From Chloroflexota bacterium (GTDB taxonomy: Bacteria > Chloroflexota > Limnocylindria > QHBO01), in the NCBI GenBank assembly GCA_039932375.1, contig JBDTQD010000003.1:1-62167 (forward strand): a DNA stretch of 62,167 nucleotides, given 5' to 3'. This document shows, in pieces, positions 7,725 to 18,113 of this stretch (within the stretch, counting starts at the first letter, position 1; each line of letters starts with the position of its first letter). Both the position numbers and the translations under genes were made by a program. A model generated the notes under the pieces. That model made no database searches and was not told the origin of the DNA. It saw nothing but the letters and a program-made list of their open reading frames with translations.

Positions 7725-8038
7725 GACGTTGACTCCAGGGCGCGGATATCGGCGACGCCGCTGGTGACGGCAGAGATCGGACGCCAGGTGCCACCCGACC
7801 GATCTGCGAGGAGGCGAGCCAGGGTCGTCTTGCCCGAGCCGGGCGGCCCCCACAGCACCATGCTCGGCGCAAACCCGGGCTGCACCACCTTGGTCAGGGC
7901 GCCATCGGGCCCCACCAGGTGCTCCTGGCCGATGAACTCCTCCAGGGTGCGGGGCCGCATTCGGGCCGCGAGCGGCGCATCGCTCGCCGGCCGGTCGGCG
8001 AAGAGGGGCTCGGTGACGGTCGGCGGCTTACGCGGCAT
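7703..8038 (-). pseudogene. rarA: Truncated 5' fragment of rarA (about 100 codons)
   Basis: MPRKPPTVTEPLF...PLAARMRPRTLEEFIGQEHLVG...GPPGSGKTTLARLLA...ISAVTSGVADIR, after which homology ends at about 7742 and a stop follows. Confidence 0.9.
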
Positions 8039-8072
8039 CGGTCCGTTCCATCGGCCGATTATGATGCCCGCC

Positions 8073-9233
8073 ATGGACCAGAACCTGCGCGTCCCCGGGC
8101 CAACGCCCCTCCCCGACGAGGTGCGAGAGGCGCAATCGGCGCCGATGATCGACCACCGCGGCACCGAGTTCGGCGAGATGCTGCGCGAGATCACAACCGG
8201 GATTGCCGAGCTGATCGGAACGCGCGGCGAGGTCCTGCTGCTGACGGGCTCGGGGTCGGGAGCGCTCGAGGCCGCCGTGGTCAACACCCTCTCGCCGGGT
8301 GACCGTGCCCTGGTCGTCACCATCGGCGCATTTGGCGATCGGTTCGCTAAGATCGCCTCCGCCTTCGGGGCCGATGTCGAGCGCTTCGAGGCGCCATGGG
8401 GCCACGCCGCGGACCCCACCGCGCTGCGTGAGCACCTGGCGGCGAATCCCCCATACCGCGCCGTGCTGGTGACGCATAACGAGACCTCGACGGGGGTGAC
8501 CAACCCGCTGCGCGAGCTCGCTGGCGTCGTTCACGGCGCTCCCGGGAAGCCGCTGCTGGTGGTCGACGGCATCAGCGGGCTCGGGGCGATGCCCTTCGAG
8601 ATGGACGCGTGGGGAATCGACCTGGTGGTGAGCGCATCCCAGAAGGCCTGGATGGGATCGCCCGGAATCGCCATCGCGGCGGTCGGAGCGCGCGCCTGGG
8701 GCGCGGCCGAGACGGCCCGTATGCCGCGCGTCTACTGGGATTTCGCCGAGGCGCGCAAGTGGGCGGAGAAGGGCCAGACGCCGTGGACCCCGGCGGTCAG
8801 CGTCCTGTACGGCTTGCGGGTCGGCGTGCGGCGCCTCGTGGCCGAGGGGCGCGAGCGCACATGGGCGAGGCATGCGGCCATCGCCGCGGCGGTGCAGGCC
8901 GGCCTCGAGGGGCTCGGCCTCGAGCTTGTGGCGGCACCTGAAGATCGCTCCATCACGGTGACTGCGGCCTGGCTGCCAGGCGGCCTGGAGTGGGGGCCGT
9001 TCAACGCCGCCATGCGCGGCAAGGGGCTGATCGTGGCCGGCGGCCAGGGGGCGTGGGTGGGCCGCATCCTGCGCTTCGGCCACATGGGCGGGGTGGGGAT
9101 CGACGAGATGTGCGACGCGATGCGCGTGATGGGCGAGACGCTCAACGAGTTGGGGCGTCCAGCGGATACCGCCGCCGCGGTGCGGGCCATGAAGGGGATC
9201 TTCGAAGCGAGGTTGGCCGCCGCCGTCGGCTGA
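8073..9233 (+). CDS. Class V PLP aminotransferase (alanine-glyoxylate/serine-pyruvate family)
   Basis: PGPTP, HNETSTGV, VVDGISG, SASQKAW (PLP Lys), RFGHMG; TATGAT at 8060-8065 suggests a leaderless start at 8073. Confidence 0.9.
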   Translation: MDQNLRVPGPTPLPDEVREAQSAPMIDHRGTEFGEMLREITTGIAELIGTRGEVLLLTGSGSGALEAAVVNTLSPGDRALVVTIGAFGDRFAKIASAFGADVERFEAPWGHAADPTALREHLAANPPYRAVLVTHNETSTGVTNPLRELAGVVHGAPGKPLLVVDGISGLGAMPFEMDAWGIDLVVSASQKAWMGSPGIAIAAVGARAWGAAETARMPRVYWDFAEARKWAEKGQTPWTPAVSVLYGLRVGVRRLVAEGRERTWARHAAIAAAVQAGLEGLGLELVAAPEDRSITVTAAWLPGGLEWGPFNAAMRGKGLIVAGGQGAWVGRILRFGHMGGVGIDEMCDAMRVMGETLNELGRPADTAAAVRAMKGIFEARLAAAVG

Positions 9234-9237
9234 TCCT

Positions 9238-11529
9238 TCAGGAGCCGGCGCCGCCTCGGAGCAGCGCCTGGACGCGACGTCGGAGCGCCAGCCACAGCAG
9301 GGGGAGCTGGAGCCGACCCCAGGCTCGTTCAAGGACTGCGATCACGTCGCTGGAGATCGAGCGGCCGGAGTAGCTCTGCCACACCTTGCCATCGGCGATC
9401 TGGTGGATCTCGACGCTGCGCTGCGGGATCTGCTCCTCCAGCCAGCCGGCGTACTCGTAGACCGTCTCCGATGGTCGCTGGGCGACCCCGCCACGATCTG
9501 CCGCGACTGCGAGGCGCTGCCAATGGCTGTCGCCCGGAGCCAGGAACCGGAAGCGATGCCGGCGCCGGACCAGGCGCCACGCGGCGGCCGCGACGACCAG
9601 GCCAAAGAAGGCGACAAACAGCCAGGCATTGCCGGTGCGCGTCCCATCGGGCAACGGCTGGTCGCCGGGACGGATGCCGCCTTCTATCGGCTGGAATGAG
9701 GGCAGGTTGTAGACCTCGCCGAGATTCTTTCCCTCAAACAAGGGGTTCCCCGGGTCGCCCCCACCGACCACAGGGCGTAATGGCGGGACGATTCCCTCGC
9801 CGGGCGCGCGGGCGACCCGGGCGACCGACTTCGTGGCTTCGAAGATCTGCCAACCGTAGCCGGGGAAGAAGATCTCGGCCCAGGCATGCGCGTTACGCTC
9901 CCGGTACTGGAAGATGCCGTCCTGGATCCGATCGCCTGGGGCATAGCCGACCGCCACTCGAGCCGGCAGGCCGAGGGTGCGAGCCATCACCGCCATGGCA
10001 GTTGCGAAGTATTCGCAATACCCGACTCGGCCGTTCTGGTCGAACAGGAAGAAGTCGACCAGATCCCGATTCGGATCGGACGGCAGGGTGGCGTTGGTGG
10101 AGTACCTGAAGCTCGGATCGGACCGCAGGAAGTCCGCCAGCGCCAGTGCCTCGTGGTACGGATCTTTCGCGCCGGCATTGGTGGCAATCTGATGTGCCAG
10201 ATCGAAGGTGCGCTGCGTCACCCCCTTGAGGCCGAGGTAGGTCGCAGTGACCTCCGGCGGATAGTCCTGCCCGGCGCCGACCAGCATCGCCTCGGTCGCA
10301 GTGGAGATCGCAGCCGTGATCTGGTAACCCTTGCCGTCCTTCAGGACAACGCCCGATTGGAGCGCGCCGAGCAGCGGCAGGCCGCCCGGCTCATGGACCA
10401 GCAGGGGCAGGTAGGCTGTGGTCGGGTAGCCCGGCGTGAAGACATTCCGCCCGACGTTCCGCTGGACCTCGACGCTGACGGTCACCAGATCGAACGCCGC
10501 GGCGGCCAGCGGCCGCTCCGGCGTGTACCCCGGGAAGATGCGATCGCCCGCGGCCACGCCGCGTTCGGGGCCCGGGCTGCTGGTCCAGCCGTGGCCGTTG
10601 TAGACGTCATAGGTGATGGTGCGCATGTAGTAGGCCCGCTGCGCGGCGACGGTCATCACCGGCCCATCCGAGCTTGTCCAACTGCCGCGCACGCGGAATG
10701 AGGAGCCGAACGAGGTCCCCTGGATGCGCGAGTCGGTGCCGCTCAGGCCGCCGAAGATGCCTTCGAACTGGTTGCGAACGTCAGACCAGATGCCGTCCAG
10801 GTTCCCCCACACGCCGGTCAGCGGAGCGGCCACCGCAACGGTGGTCAGGATCCATGCCAGTGCGACGCTGCCGATGATGAAGGTCACCCCGCTGCGCCAG
10901 ATCTGGCCGGGGACATCCAGGTTCTCGGTGACCTTGCGCAGTCGCCAGCTCTCCTCGCGGCTGATCAACGCGACGCGCAGCCAGAGAAGGAGTGCGGCGA
11001 ACGAGAAGAGCACGAGGTACGGGAACAGGTCCGCGAGGGTGGCCGACAGGTTGACCACCAGGGCAACGCCGACGAGGAGGATGGTGTCCAGGACCCGGTG
11101 GTGCCGGTACAGCGTGTAGGCGGCGACAAACCCTGTCGCCCACATCAGCACGCCGAGCCCGATCGCGTAGGGCGAGAGCTGCGGGGCAAAACCTCCGTCG
11201 AGCACGATGCGAGTCCAGTCGAGGGCCTCGCTGCGCAGCAGGAAGAGGCGGCCGATCTGGTCGACGTTAGGGAAGTATTCGGCCCCAAGGTTCGAGAGCA
11301 CGACCCAGGCGCCGAGGATAGCGCTGACCGGCAACACCACCACCACGCTCAGGCGGCTCAGGCCGAGCAGGGCACCCGCCAGGGCCGCGAGGACCGCGAC
11401 GGGAAGCAGGAAGTCGAGCCGGTCGACCCACTGCGCTCGTTGCACCGACCAGGTCAGCGCCGAGAGCATCCCTACCACCAGCCCCAGGCTCAGCCAGCCC
11501 TCGCGGGGTCGCACGTAGCGGCGGAGCAT
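9238..11529 (-). CDS. Transglutaminase TgpA-family membrane protein
   Basis: Multi-TM N-terminus; GYCEYFATAMAVMARTLGLPARVAVGY, NAHAWAEIFFPGYGW..FEAT (Cys-His triad region). Confidence 0.9.
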   Translation of the reverse strand: MLRRYVRPREGWLSLGLVVGMLSALTWSVQRAQWVDRLDFLLPVAVLAALAGALLGLSRLSVVVVLPVSAILGAWVVLSNLGAEYFPNVDQIGRLFLLRSEALDWTRIVLDGGFAPQLSPYAIGLGVLMWATGFVAAYTLYRHHRVLDTILLVGVALVVNLSATLADLFPYLVLFSFAALLLWLRVALISREESWRLRKVTENLDVPGQIWRSGVTFIIGSVALAWILTTVAVAAPLTGVWGNLDGIWSDVRNQFEGIFGGLSGTDSRIQGTSFGSSFRVRGSWTSSDGPVMTVAAQRAYYMRTITYDVYNGHGWTSSPGPERGVAAGDRIFPGYTPERPLAAAAFDLVTVSVEVQRNVGRNVFTPGYPTTAYLPLLVHEPGGLPLLGALQSGVVLKDGKGYQITAAISTATEAMLVGAGQDYPPEVTATYLGLKGVTQRTFDLAHQIATNAGAKDPYHEALALADFLRSDPSFRYSTNATLPSDPNRDLVDFFLFDQNGRVGYCEYFATAMAVMARTLGLPARVAVGYAPGDRIQDGIFQYRERNAHAWAEIFFPGYGWQIFEATKSVARVARAPGEGIVPPLRPVVGGGDPGNPLFEGKNLGEVYNLPSFQPIEGGIRPGDQPLPDGTRTGNAWLFVAFFGLVVAAAAWRLVRRRHRFRFLAPGDSHWQRLAVAADRGGVAQRPSETVYEYAGWLEEQIPQRSVEIHQIADGKVWQSYSGRSISSDVIAVLERAWGRLQLPLLWLALRRRVQALLRGGAGS

Positions 11530-11530
11530 G

Positions 11531-12787
11531 TCAGGCACGTGTCCGCTCCCGGATGGCGGAGCCGCGAACACCGAGCGCCTTCCGGCCCAGGACCGTCGAC
11601 AGATCGTCGCCGGCGCGGACCAGGTGGTAACCGATGTCGTATTCGGCAAGCGCGTGACGCATGGCACCCAGCTCAGCGCGGCTCTCGTCGTCGTCGCGCC
11701 CTTCAAAGCTGAAGCGGTCGAGGAGCACCACGAAGGTGCCGATTCCCCTCCGTCGCAACGTGGCGGCGGCCCGCACCCACTCACGGTTGGTCGAGCCGGT
11801 GACGATCCCGAGGGTCATGCCGCGCCGGAGCTGCGGCATGGTGGCGACCACGACCTCGGCGAGTGGCGTCTGACCATCGGCCTGCACGTTCGCCAGCAGG
11901 TTCAGGATCTTCTGCTCGACGCGCGTCCCGCGATCGGGCGTCAGATGCTGCTGGCGCCGAGAGGTGACGGTGATCCCCACTGCGCGGTTCTCGCCCAGGG
12001 TGTGGACCGCAATCGAGGCGGCCGCGCTGATGCCGGTCTCGACGGCGGCCGACTCGGATGGACCGGCATTCGCCGAGCGATCGAGGTCCAGCATGAGCCA
12101 CAGGTCGGCCGCCTGCTCGAGGTCGAACTCCTTCACGTGCAGCTCACCATGGCGCACGGAGCTGAGCCAGTGGATCCGGTTGATCCCATCGCCATAGACG
12201 TAAGGACGCACAGTGCTGACCAATGGTGTCGCCGCCTCGTAGCGACGCCGCGACGGCGTGGTGCCATCCACCGGCGAGGGGGGTAGCCGCCAGTGCGGCA
12301 GCGAGTGGACCTTGGGGAAGACGACGATCCAGGTCGGACGCCCGACCACCATCTCGCTGGTGAAGAGCCCAAACGGATCGCCGGTGCGCACCCGGAGGGC
12401 GCCGAGCCGGTAGCTGCCCCGCCGCAGCAGCGCCGCCTTGGCGAGCCATTGACGGCTTCCGCGTCCGGCCAACCCAAGTACCCGGCCTGGGAGCGGCGCT
12501 GGCAGGGTCGACTCGTTTGAGACTTCGATCCAGGGCTTCCTCCAGCTGGTGTCGTTGTCGACGCGATAGACCGCCTCCAGCACGTCGCCTACCTGGGTCC
12601 GCGGATTGACGACGTGGTAGCCGGCCCGGAGGCCTCGCAGGCCGCGGCGCGCATACCAGCGCGAGGCGAGCAGGAGCGTGGCCAGCAGGTAGACCAGGAA
12701 GAAGAGGAAGTTGATCCCGGTGCTGAAGGCGGCGACCACCAGCGCCGTGCCGAAGAAGACCAGGCGAAGCTGCCGGGAGAGGCCCAT
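11531..12787 (-). CDS. DUF58 domain protein
   Basis: RRGSYRLG.L..RTGDPFGLF, VRPYVYGD..NRIHW.SS, VKEFD, LMLD; MoxR operon context. Confidence 0.9.
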   Translation of the reverse strand: MGLSRQLRLVFFGTALVVAAFSTGINFLFFLVYLLATLLLASRWYARRGLRGLRAGYHVVNPRTQVGDVLEAVYRVDNDTSWRKPWIEVSNESTLPAPLPGRVLGLAGRGSRQWLAKAALLRRGSYRLGALRVRTGDPFGLFTSEMVVGRPTWIVVFPKVHSLPHWRLPPSPVDGTTPSRRRYEAATPLVSTVRPYVYGDGINRIHWLSSVRHGELHVKEFDLEQAADLWLMLDLDRSANAGPSESAAVETGISAAASIAVHTLGENRAVGITVTSRRQQHLTPDRGTRVEQKILNLLANVQADGQTPLAEVVVATMPQLRRGMTLGIVTGSTNREWVRAAATLRRRGIGTFVVLLDRFSFEGRDDDESRAELGAMRHALAEYDIGYHLVRAGDDLSTVLGRKALGVRGSAIRERTRA

Positions 12788-12796
12788 GGCCGTGGA

Positions 12797-13798
12797 CTAC
12801 CGGGCGCCGGCGGCCGCGCTGCTGGTCGGCTGCCCGATCGGGACCTGGGCGAGCACCTCGCGCACGATCCCGTCGGGATCGACCTCGCGCAGCGATGCCT
12901 GGCTCTTGACGATGAGCCGATGCCCGAGGACGGCCACGGCGAGCAGCTTGATGTCATCGGGGATCACGAAGTCACGCCCGTCGATCGAGGCCAGCGCCTG
13001 TCCGGCGCGGTACAGGTTGATCGATCCGCGCGGCGAGGCGCCGAGATACACGTCTGCGTGCTCACGAGTGGCTCCCACCAGCCGCACGATGTACTCCGCC
13101 ACCGTCTGATCGACGTAGATCTCCTTGATAGCCGACTGCATCAGGCGCAGCTCCTCGAGGTCGAGCACCTGGTGCAGCTCCTCGATCGGGTGACGGCGCT
13201 TCTGCTCGTCGAGGATGACGATCTCCTCCATCGCCTTCGGGTAGCCGAGGCGCAGGCGCAGCATGAATCGGTCCAGCTGCGCTTCCGGCAGGGCAAAGGT
13301 CCCTTCGTACTCGATCGGGTTCTGGGTGGCGATCACCAGGAACGGCGACGGCATCATGTGGCTGACGCCGTCGATCGTCGCCTGTCGCTCCTCCATGCAC
13401 TCGAGCAGGGCGCTCTGCGTCTTGGGCGTTGCGCGGTTGATCTCATCGGCCAGGACCACCTGGGCCATGATCGGGCCGGGCCGGAACTCGAACTCCTGGG
13501 TCTTCTGGTTGAAGATCGACAGCCCGGTCACGTCCGAGGGCAGGAGGTCGGGCGTGAACTGGATGCGACGGAACGAACAGCCGATGCTGCGGCTGAGCGC
13601 CTTGGCCAGCATCGTCTTGCCGACGCCGGGCACGTCCTCGATCAGGATGTGCCCCTCGCACAGCAGCGCCACCAGCGCCATTCGGACTTCGACGTGCTTC
13701 CCGACGATGACGCGCTCGACGTTGGCGACGACGCGCTCTGCCGACTCCTGGACGCTCTTCACGTTTTGGCTTCCCCTGCTCGCTGGTTGGGCCGTCAT
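12797..13798 (-). CDS. MoxR-family AAA+ ATPase
   Basis: [64 protein letters not shown]. Confidence 0.95.
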   Translation of the reverse strand: MTAQPASRGSQNVKSVQESAERVVANVERVIVGKHVEVRMALVALLCEGHILIEDVPGVGKTMLAKALSRSIGCSFRRIQFTPDLLPSDVTGLSIFNQKTQEFEFRPGPIMAQVVLADEINRATPKTQSALLECMEERQATIDGVSHMMPSPFLVIATQNPIEYEGTFALPEAQLDRFMLRLRLGYPKAMEEIVILDEQKRRHPIEELHQVLDLEELRLMQSAIKEIYVDQTVAEYIVRLVGATREHADVYLGASPRGSINLYRAGQALASIDGRDFVIPDDIKLLAVAVLGHRLIVKSQASLREVDPDGIVREVLAQVPIGQPTSSAAAGAR

Positions 13799-13865
13799 TC
13801 CCCTCGTGCACAATACCTTAGGCAGGGCCAGATCGGTTCACCAGCCATCGGTCAGCCTGCGGTGG

Positions 13866-15410
13866 TCAGCCTCCTGCGGCCAGCTTCAACCATTCGGCCA
13901 TCACCGCTCCCCCGATCGGGGCGGCATGTCCCGAGCCTGTGCCGCCTCCCTCCACGATCACCGCGATCGCGATCGACGGGGTCGCGCCGTCCTGCGCAGG
14001 AGCAAAGCCGATGAACCAGGAATGGGGCTTCAGCCCGGGCCCGCGTTCGGCGGTCCCCGTCTTGCCGGCCGTCTCGATGCCTGACACCCCGAACCGCGCG
14101 ACCGCCCCGGCGCCCGCGTAGAGGCGCCCGATCGGGCCCTGCACGGCGTCGATCATCGCGGAGCGCACCTCTCTCGCAGCCTGCGACGAGATGGCGGGAC
14201 GAGCGCCCTCTCCGCCGTATATCTCGAGCACGGCTGCCGTCGGACCGCCCTGCGGGGCCGCCGCGTGGGTGCGCAGGTCGCGCACGATGAACGGACCCGG
14301 CACCGCGCCGTCATTGGCGATGGTCGCCGCCAGGAGGGCCATCTGCAACGGCGTCACCGATACGCGGGCCTGCCCGAAAGCGGCGCTGGCCAGCTCCACG
14401 TTGTCAGAGAACGGAGCGCAGCCGCCGTCTGACTGGCCGGAGACGTAGGATGGGTCGACCGGCAACGCGCGTGGGTCGCTGCCGATCTGGAGGGGGGCGC
14501 AGAATCCGAATCGGCGCGCGTAGTCGAGGTACCGATCCGGGCCCAGCCCCAGGCCGACGTGGGCGAAGAAGATGTTGCTCGAGACCTGCAGTGCCGGAGA
14601 GAGCGCCCAGAGCGCCGGCTTGACCGGCTGGAGGTCGTGCTCCCGGATCGTGAAGCCCTGCACCACGAATCCATCGACCTCCTGCTTCGGCTGGTCGGGG
14701 AATGTCGTCTGGGGCGTGATGGCGCCTGCGTCCAGCGCGCCGGCGGCGGTCAGGACCTTGAGGATCGAGCCGGGGGTGTAGTGACCCTGGCGGACCCGAT
14801 CCAGGAACGGATTGCCGGCCGCACCTGCAACGGCGTCAAACGGCCCCGTGGCGGTGGCGGGGTCGCCGGAGAAGCCGGTGGGGTCGTACGTCGGGGAGGA
14901 GACCATGGCGAGGATGGCGCCGGTGCGCGGGTCGATGGCGACCACCGCGCCCACGTTGTGCCCCAGCTGCGCGGCCGCGAAATCCTCCAGCCGCCGGTCG
15001 ATCGTCAGCGTGAGGTCGTGCGGATCCGGCTGACGGGCCAGGATGTCGTTCAGCAGGTCGCGCAGCGGATTTGGATCGCTGCGGCCGGTGAGCAGGTCAT
15101 CCCATGTCCGCTCGAGGCCGGTCGCCCCGAAGCGGAGGCTGGCGTAGCCGATCAGATGCGTGAAGGCCGGGTCGGCGTATGTTCTCCGGCTGATCCCGTC
15201 CAACACTGTGCTCGATGCGAGGAGCCTTCCTTGAGCATCGAAGATCGAGCCGCGCGGCAGGCTGCGGCGGGCGGCGATCACCTGCGGGTTGTCCTGGCGC
15301 GTGGCGAGCGCATGCGCATCGAGGACCTGCCACCACGCGAGTGCGCCCGACACGCTCGCGAAGCCAAGCACCAGGTAAAGCGAGAGGCGGCGGATGTTGG
15401 TGGCGATCAT
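13866..15410 (-). CDS. Class B penicillin-binding protein (PbpA-like transpeptidase)
   Basis: SxxK (GSILK), SxN (SSN), KTG (GKTGT), HSWF; follows rodA. Confidence 0.9.
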   Translation of the reverse strand: MIATNIRRLSLYLVLGFASVSGALAWWQVLDAHALATRQDNPQVIAARRSLPRGSIFDAQGRLLASSTVLDGISRRTYADPAFTHLIGYASLRFGATGLERTWDDLLTGRSDPNPLRDLLNDILARQPDPHDLTLTIDRRLEDFAAAQLGHNVGAVVAIDPRTGAILAMVSSPTYDPTGFSGDPATATGPFDAVAGAAGNPFLDRVRQGHYTPGSILKVLTAAGALDAGAITPQTTFPDQPKQEVDGFVVQGFTIREHDLQPVKPALWALSPALQVSSNIFFAHVGLGLGPDRYLDYARRFGFCAPLQIGSDPRALPVDPSYVSGQSDGGCAPFSDNVELASAAFGQARVSVTPLQMALLAATIANDGAVPGPFIVRDLRTHAAAPQGGPTAAVLEIYGGEGARPAISSQAAREVRSAMIDAVQGPIGRLYAGAGAVARFGVSGIETAGKTGTAERGPGLKPHSWFIGFAPAQDGATPSIAIAVIVEGGGTGSGHAAPIGGAVMAEWLKLAAGG

Positions 15411-16747
15411 GGTCCGCGCCCCTCCACCTGGGCGTCGACGCTCGACCGATGGCTGATCGCCAGCAGCAGGCCCACCACCACGAAGCAGGCGAGCAGGCTG
15501 GAGCCGCCGTAGCTCAGGAAGGGGAAGGTGATCCCGGTCAGCGGCACGAGCTTCACGTTGCCGGCCACGATGATGAGCGTCTGGAGCCCAAGGCTGGCGG
15601 TCAGGCCGACGGCGAGCATGGCGCTGAAGTCGTCGCGGGCCAGCATCGCAATGCGCAGCCCCCGGAAGACGAAGACCATCACCAGTGCCAGCAGCGCGAA
15701 GGCGCCGATCAGGCCCAGCTCCTCGGCCACGGCTGCGAAGATGAAGTCGGTCGGCAGCGCCGGGATCGGCAGGTGCCCGCCGATCGTCGGCAAGCCCTGT
15801 CCCAGCCCCTCACCGAAGAGGCCTCCGCGCCCGAAGGCGTACAGGGCCTGGACGGTCTGGTAGCCCCGTCCGCTGGGATCGACGAAGGGATCGATCCAGT
15901 TGTCGACGCGGATCCGGACGTGGCCGAACAGGTTGTAGGCGACGAACGAGCCGGCCACGAAGAGCAGCAGCCCGAGCAGCACGTAGCTTCGCCTGCCGGT
16001 CGCCACGAAGAGCATCGTCAGGAAGATCCCCAGGAAGAGGAGGGCGGTCCCCAGATCGCGACTGATCACCACGATCCCCATCACCAGCACGAAGATGGCG
16101 ATCATCGGCAGCAGGTATGGCAGCGGCGGGATCCGCAATGGACCGATGCGGGCGCTGGCGCCCGCCAGCAGGGCGCGCTTTTCGGCGAGGTAGCCGGCGA
16201 TGAAGATGACCAGCACGATTTTGATCGCCTCGCCGGGCTGGAAGCCGATCGGACCGACGAAGATCCAGAGGCGCGCCCCGTTCACCTCGCGCCCGAACAG
16301 GAACGTGATCACCAGCAGGAGCGTGCCGGCAAGCGCCCATGTGTACTTGAAGTGGCGCAGCGGCCCGTCGTCGCGGAACCGGTCGGCGACCACCACCATG
16401 GCGGTCACGCCGACGGCGAACCAGAGGAGCTGGGTGGTGGCCATCCCCAGCCGCACCCCGAAGGCATCGGTTCCGAGCAGGTCCTGCGGCAGACGGTGAA
16501 GCATCACGATGCCGACCCCGCCGATCGCCGCCACCGCCGGAAGCAGGAGCTGGTCGCCCCGGTTTCCGAGCAGCCGCAGCGCGACGTGGGCGGCCAGCAT
16601 CAGCCCCACGTAGCCGATCGCGACGCCCATCGGTCCGGCTTCGAGCCTGCCGGTCTGCGCGATGTGAGTCACCGCAAAGCCGAGCGGCACCAGGATCGCC
16701 AGCGGCAACAGGAGCCGCAGCTCCACCGGGCGCGGGACGGCGTGCAT
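15407..16747 (-). CDS. rodA: SEDS protein FtsW/RodA/SpoVE
   Basis: GARLWI, FQPGEAIK, RDLGTAL, GYQ...ALYAFGRGG..G.GLG.G, TDFIFAAVAEELG, LTGITFPFLSYGGSS. Confidence 0.9.
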   Translation of the reverse strand: MHAVPRPVELRLLLPLAILVPLGFAVTHIAQTGRLEAGPMGVAIGYVGLMLAAHVALRLLGNRGDQLLLPAVAAIGGVGIVMLHRLPQDLLGTDAFGVRLGMATTQLLWFAVGVTAMVVVADRFRDDGPLRHFKYTWALAGTLLLVITFLFGREVNGARLWIFVGPIGFQPGEAIKIVLVIFIAGYLAEKRALLAGASARIGPLRIPPLPYLLPMIAIFVLVMGIVVISRDLGTALLFLGIFLTMLFVATGRRSYVLLGLLLFVAGSFVAYNLFGHVRIRVDNWIDPFVDPSGRGYQTVQALYAFGRGGLFGEGLGQGLPTIGGHLPIPALPTDFIFAAVAEELGLIGAFALLALVMVFVFRGLRIAMLARDDFSAMLAVGLTASLGLQTLIIVAGNVKLVPLTGITFPFLSYGGSSLLACFVVVGLLLAISHRSSVDAQVEGRGP

Positions 16748-17190
16748 CAGCGCTCGAGTCGCATCCGCACCCGGCCGATGGTCAGCTCGTCACCGAAGGA
16801 GAGTGCCACCGGCCGATCGATGAGATGCCCGTTGACGTACGTCCCGTTCGTGCTCCCCTGGTCCTCGATGAACCAGCTCCTGCCACGAAAGGTCAGCATG
16901 GCGTGGCTGCCGCTGACGAAGTCGTCGTCGATGAAGATCGTGCTGTTGACGTTCCGCCCGATCGAGTTGATCGGCCCGAGCGCGATAGCGGTACCGAGTG
17001 CCGGCTCGTCGCCTATCGACTCGATCACGGCCAGCCTGCCGATCCCCGACTGGCTGGCCATCTGGGTCAGCTCCGCGCTGCGCAGGTCGCGCAACAGGGA
17101 TCGAGCGAAGCCGAAGAGGAGGAGGTAGAGGAGTCCGAGGAAGCCGAGCTGCATGGCGAGGATCAGGATCCTGAGGACCTCGCTCGTCAT
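16747..17190 (-). CDS. FHA domain membrane protein (FhaB/FipA-like)
   Basis: N-terminal TM; IGR....I.I.DDFVSGSHA, DQGSTNGTYVNG. Confidence 0.9.
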   Translation of the reverse strand: MTSEVLRILILAMQLGFLGLLYLLLFGFARSLLRDLRSAELTQMASQSGIGRLAVIESIGDEPALGTAIALGPINSIGRNVNSTIFIDDDFVSGSHAMLTFRGRSWFIEDQGSTNGTYVNGHLIDRPVALSFGDELTIGRVRMRLER

Positions 17191-17948
17191 TCGCCGACCT
17201 GGAACTCGATCTCGGTCGACCCGATCTGGATCGTGTCGCCCGGCCCCAGGGCCACCTCGGTCACCGCCTGGCCGTTGACCCAGGAGCCATTCCGGCTGCC
17301 GAGGTCGGCGAAGCTGTATGCCCCGTGCTGGCGCTTCAGCTGGCAGTGGTGGCGGCTCACCTCGGGGTCGTCGACGATCACGTCGTTGTCGCTCGCCCGG
17401 CCGATGCTGATCATGGCGCCGCCGAGATCGAATCGAACCTGCGGTGCGCCATCGGTCCGGACCAGCAGGAATGCGTGGGCCGCAGAATCGCCGGGTGCCG
17501 CCGCCTCCTGCCCGGGCCGGGCCAGGACCATGGTGTGCGACGAGGGTTGCGGGAGCACCTGGTCCGGGATCGGGTCGCCGGTGTCGTCGACCACGTTGGC
17601 CGCTACCCGCACGTCGCCGCGTGGCACGGAGTGGTCAGCGACCAGCGTGACCGTCGGGCGGGCGACGAGGTGATACCGCTCGCGGCGGGCGCGCGCCATC
17701 GCCCCGTGCGCCAAGTCGTCCTCGAGCGATCCACGATACGGCTCGAATGCCGCGAAATCGGTCGGATGGAGGTGCAGGTCGTAGCGATTCGGAACGATGA
17801 TCCCCGCCGCGCCGAACGACTTGCCGCTGTCCATGGCTCGCTCGATCCGCTTGGTCAGCAGAACCGGCTGCAGCCTCGCCCCGAGGCGCCCCGCCGGAGC
17901 CTCGAAGATCCGCTCGAGGAACGCCTCGAGCCGGGAGAAGATGCCCAC
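17187..17948 (-). CDS. DUF3662 + FHA domain protein (FhaA-like)
   Basis: LQPV.L.KRIERAMD, VPNRY.LHL...DF; C-terminal IGRASDND....DPEVSRHH, DLGSRNG. Confidence 0.9.
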   Translation of the reverse strand: MGIFSRLEAFLERIFEAPAGRLGARLQPVLLTKRIERAMDSGKSFGAAGIIVPNRYDLHLHPTDFAAFEPYRGSLEDDLAHGAMARARRERYHLVARPTVTLVADHSVPRGDVRVAANVVDDTGDPIPDQVLPQPSSHTMVLARPGQEAAAPGDSAAHAFLLVRTDGAPQVRFDLGGAMISIGRASDNDVIVDDPEVSRHHCQLKRQHGAYSFADLGSRNGSWVNGQAVTEVALGPGDTIQIGSTEIEFQVGE

Positions 17949-18113
17949 TCGCCGATCCTAGCACGGGCCACGGCCGGTCCCGCCCGCGCGCAGAGCGGGG
18001 TACCAACGGCGCCCGGGAGGGTACCAATGTGCCTGTGGGGAGGGTTGGGGCCCGATCGGTATACTCGAAGCTCCCGGTAGCCTCTTCCTGAATCCGGATG
18101 CCAGTAGAGCCAT

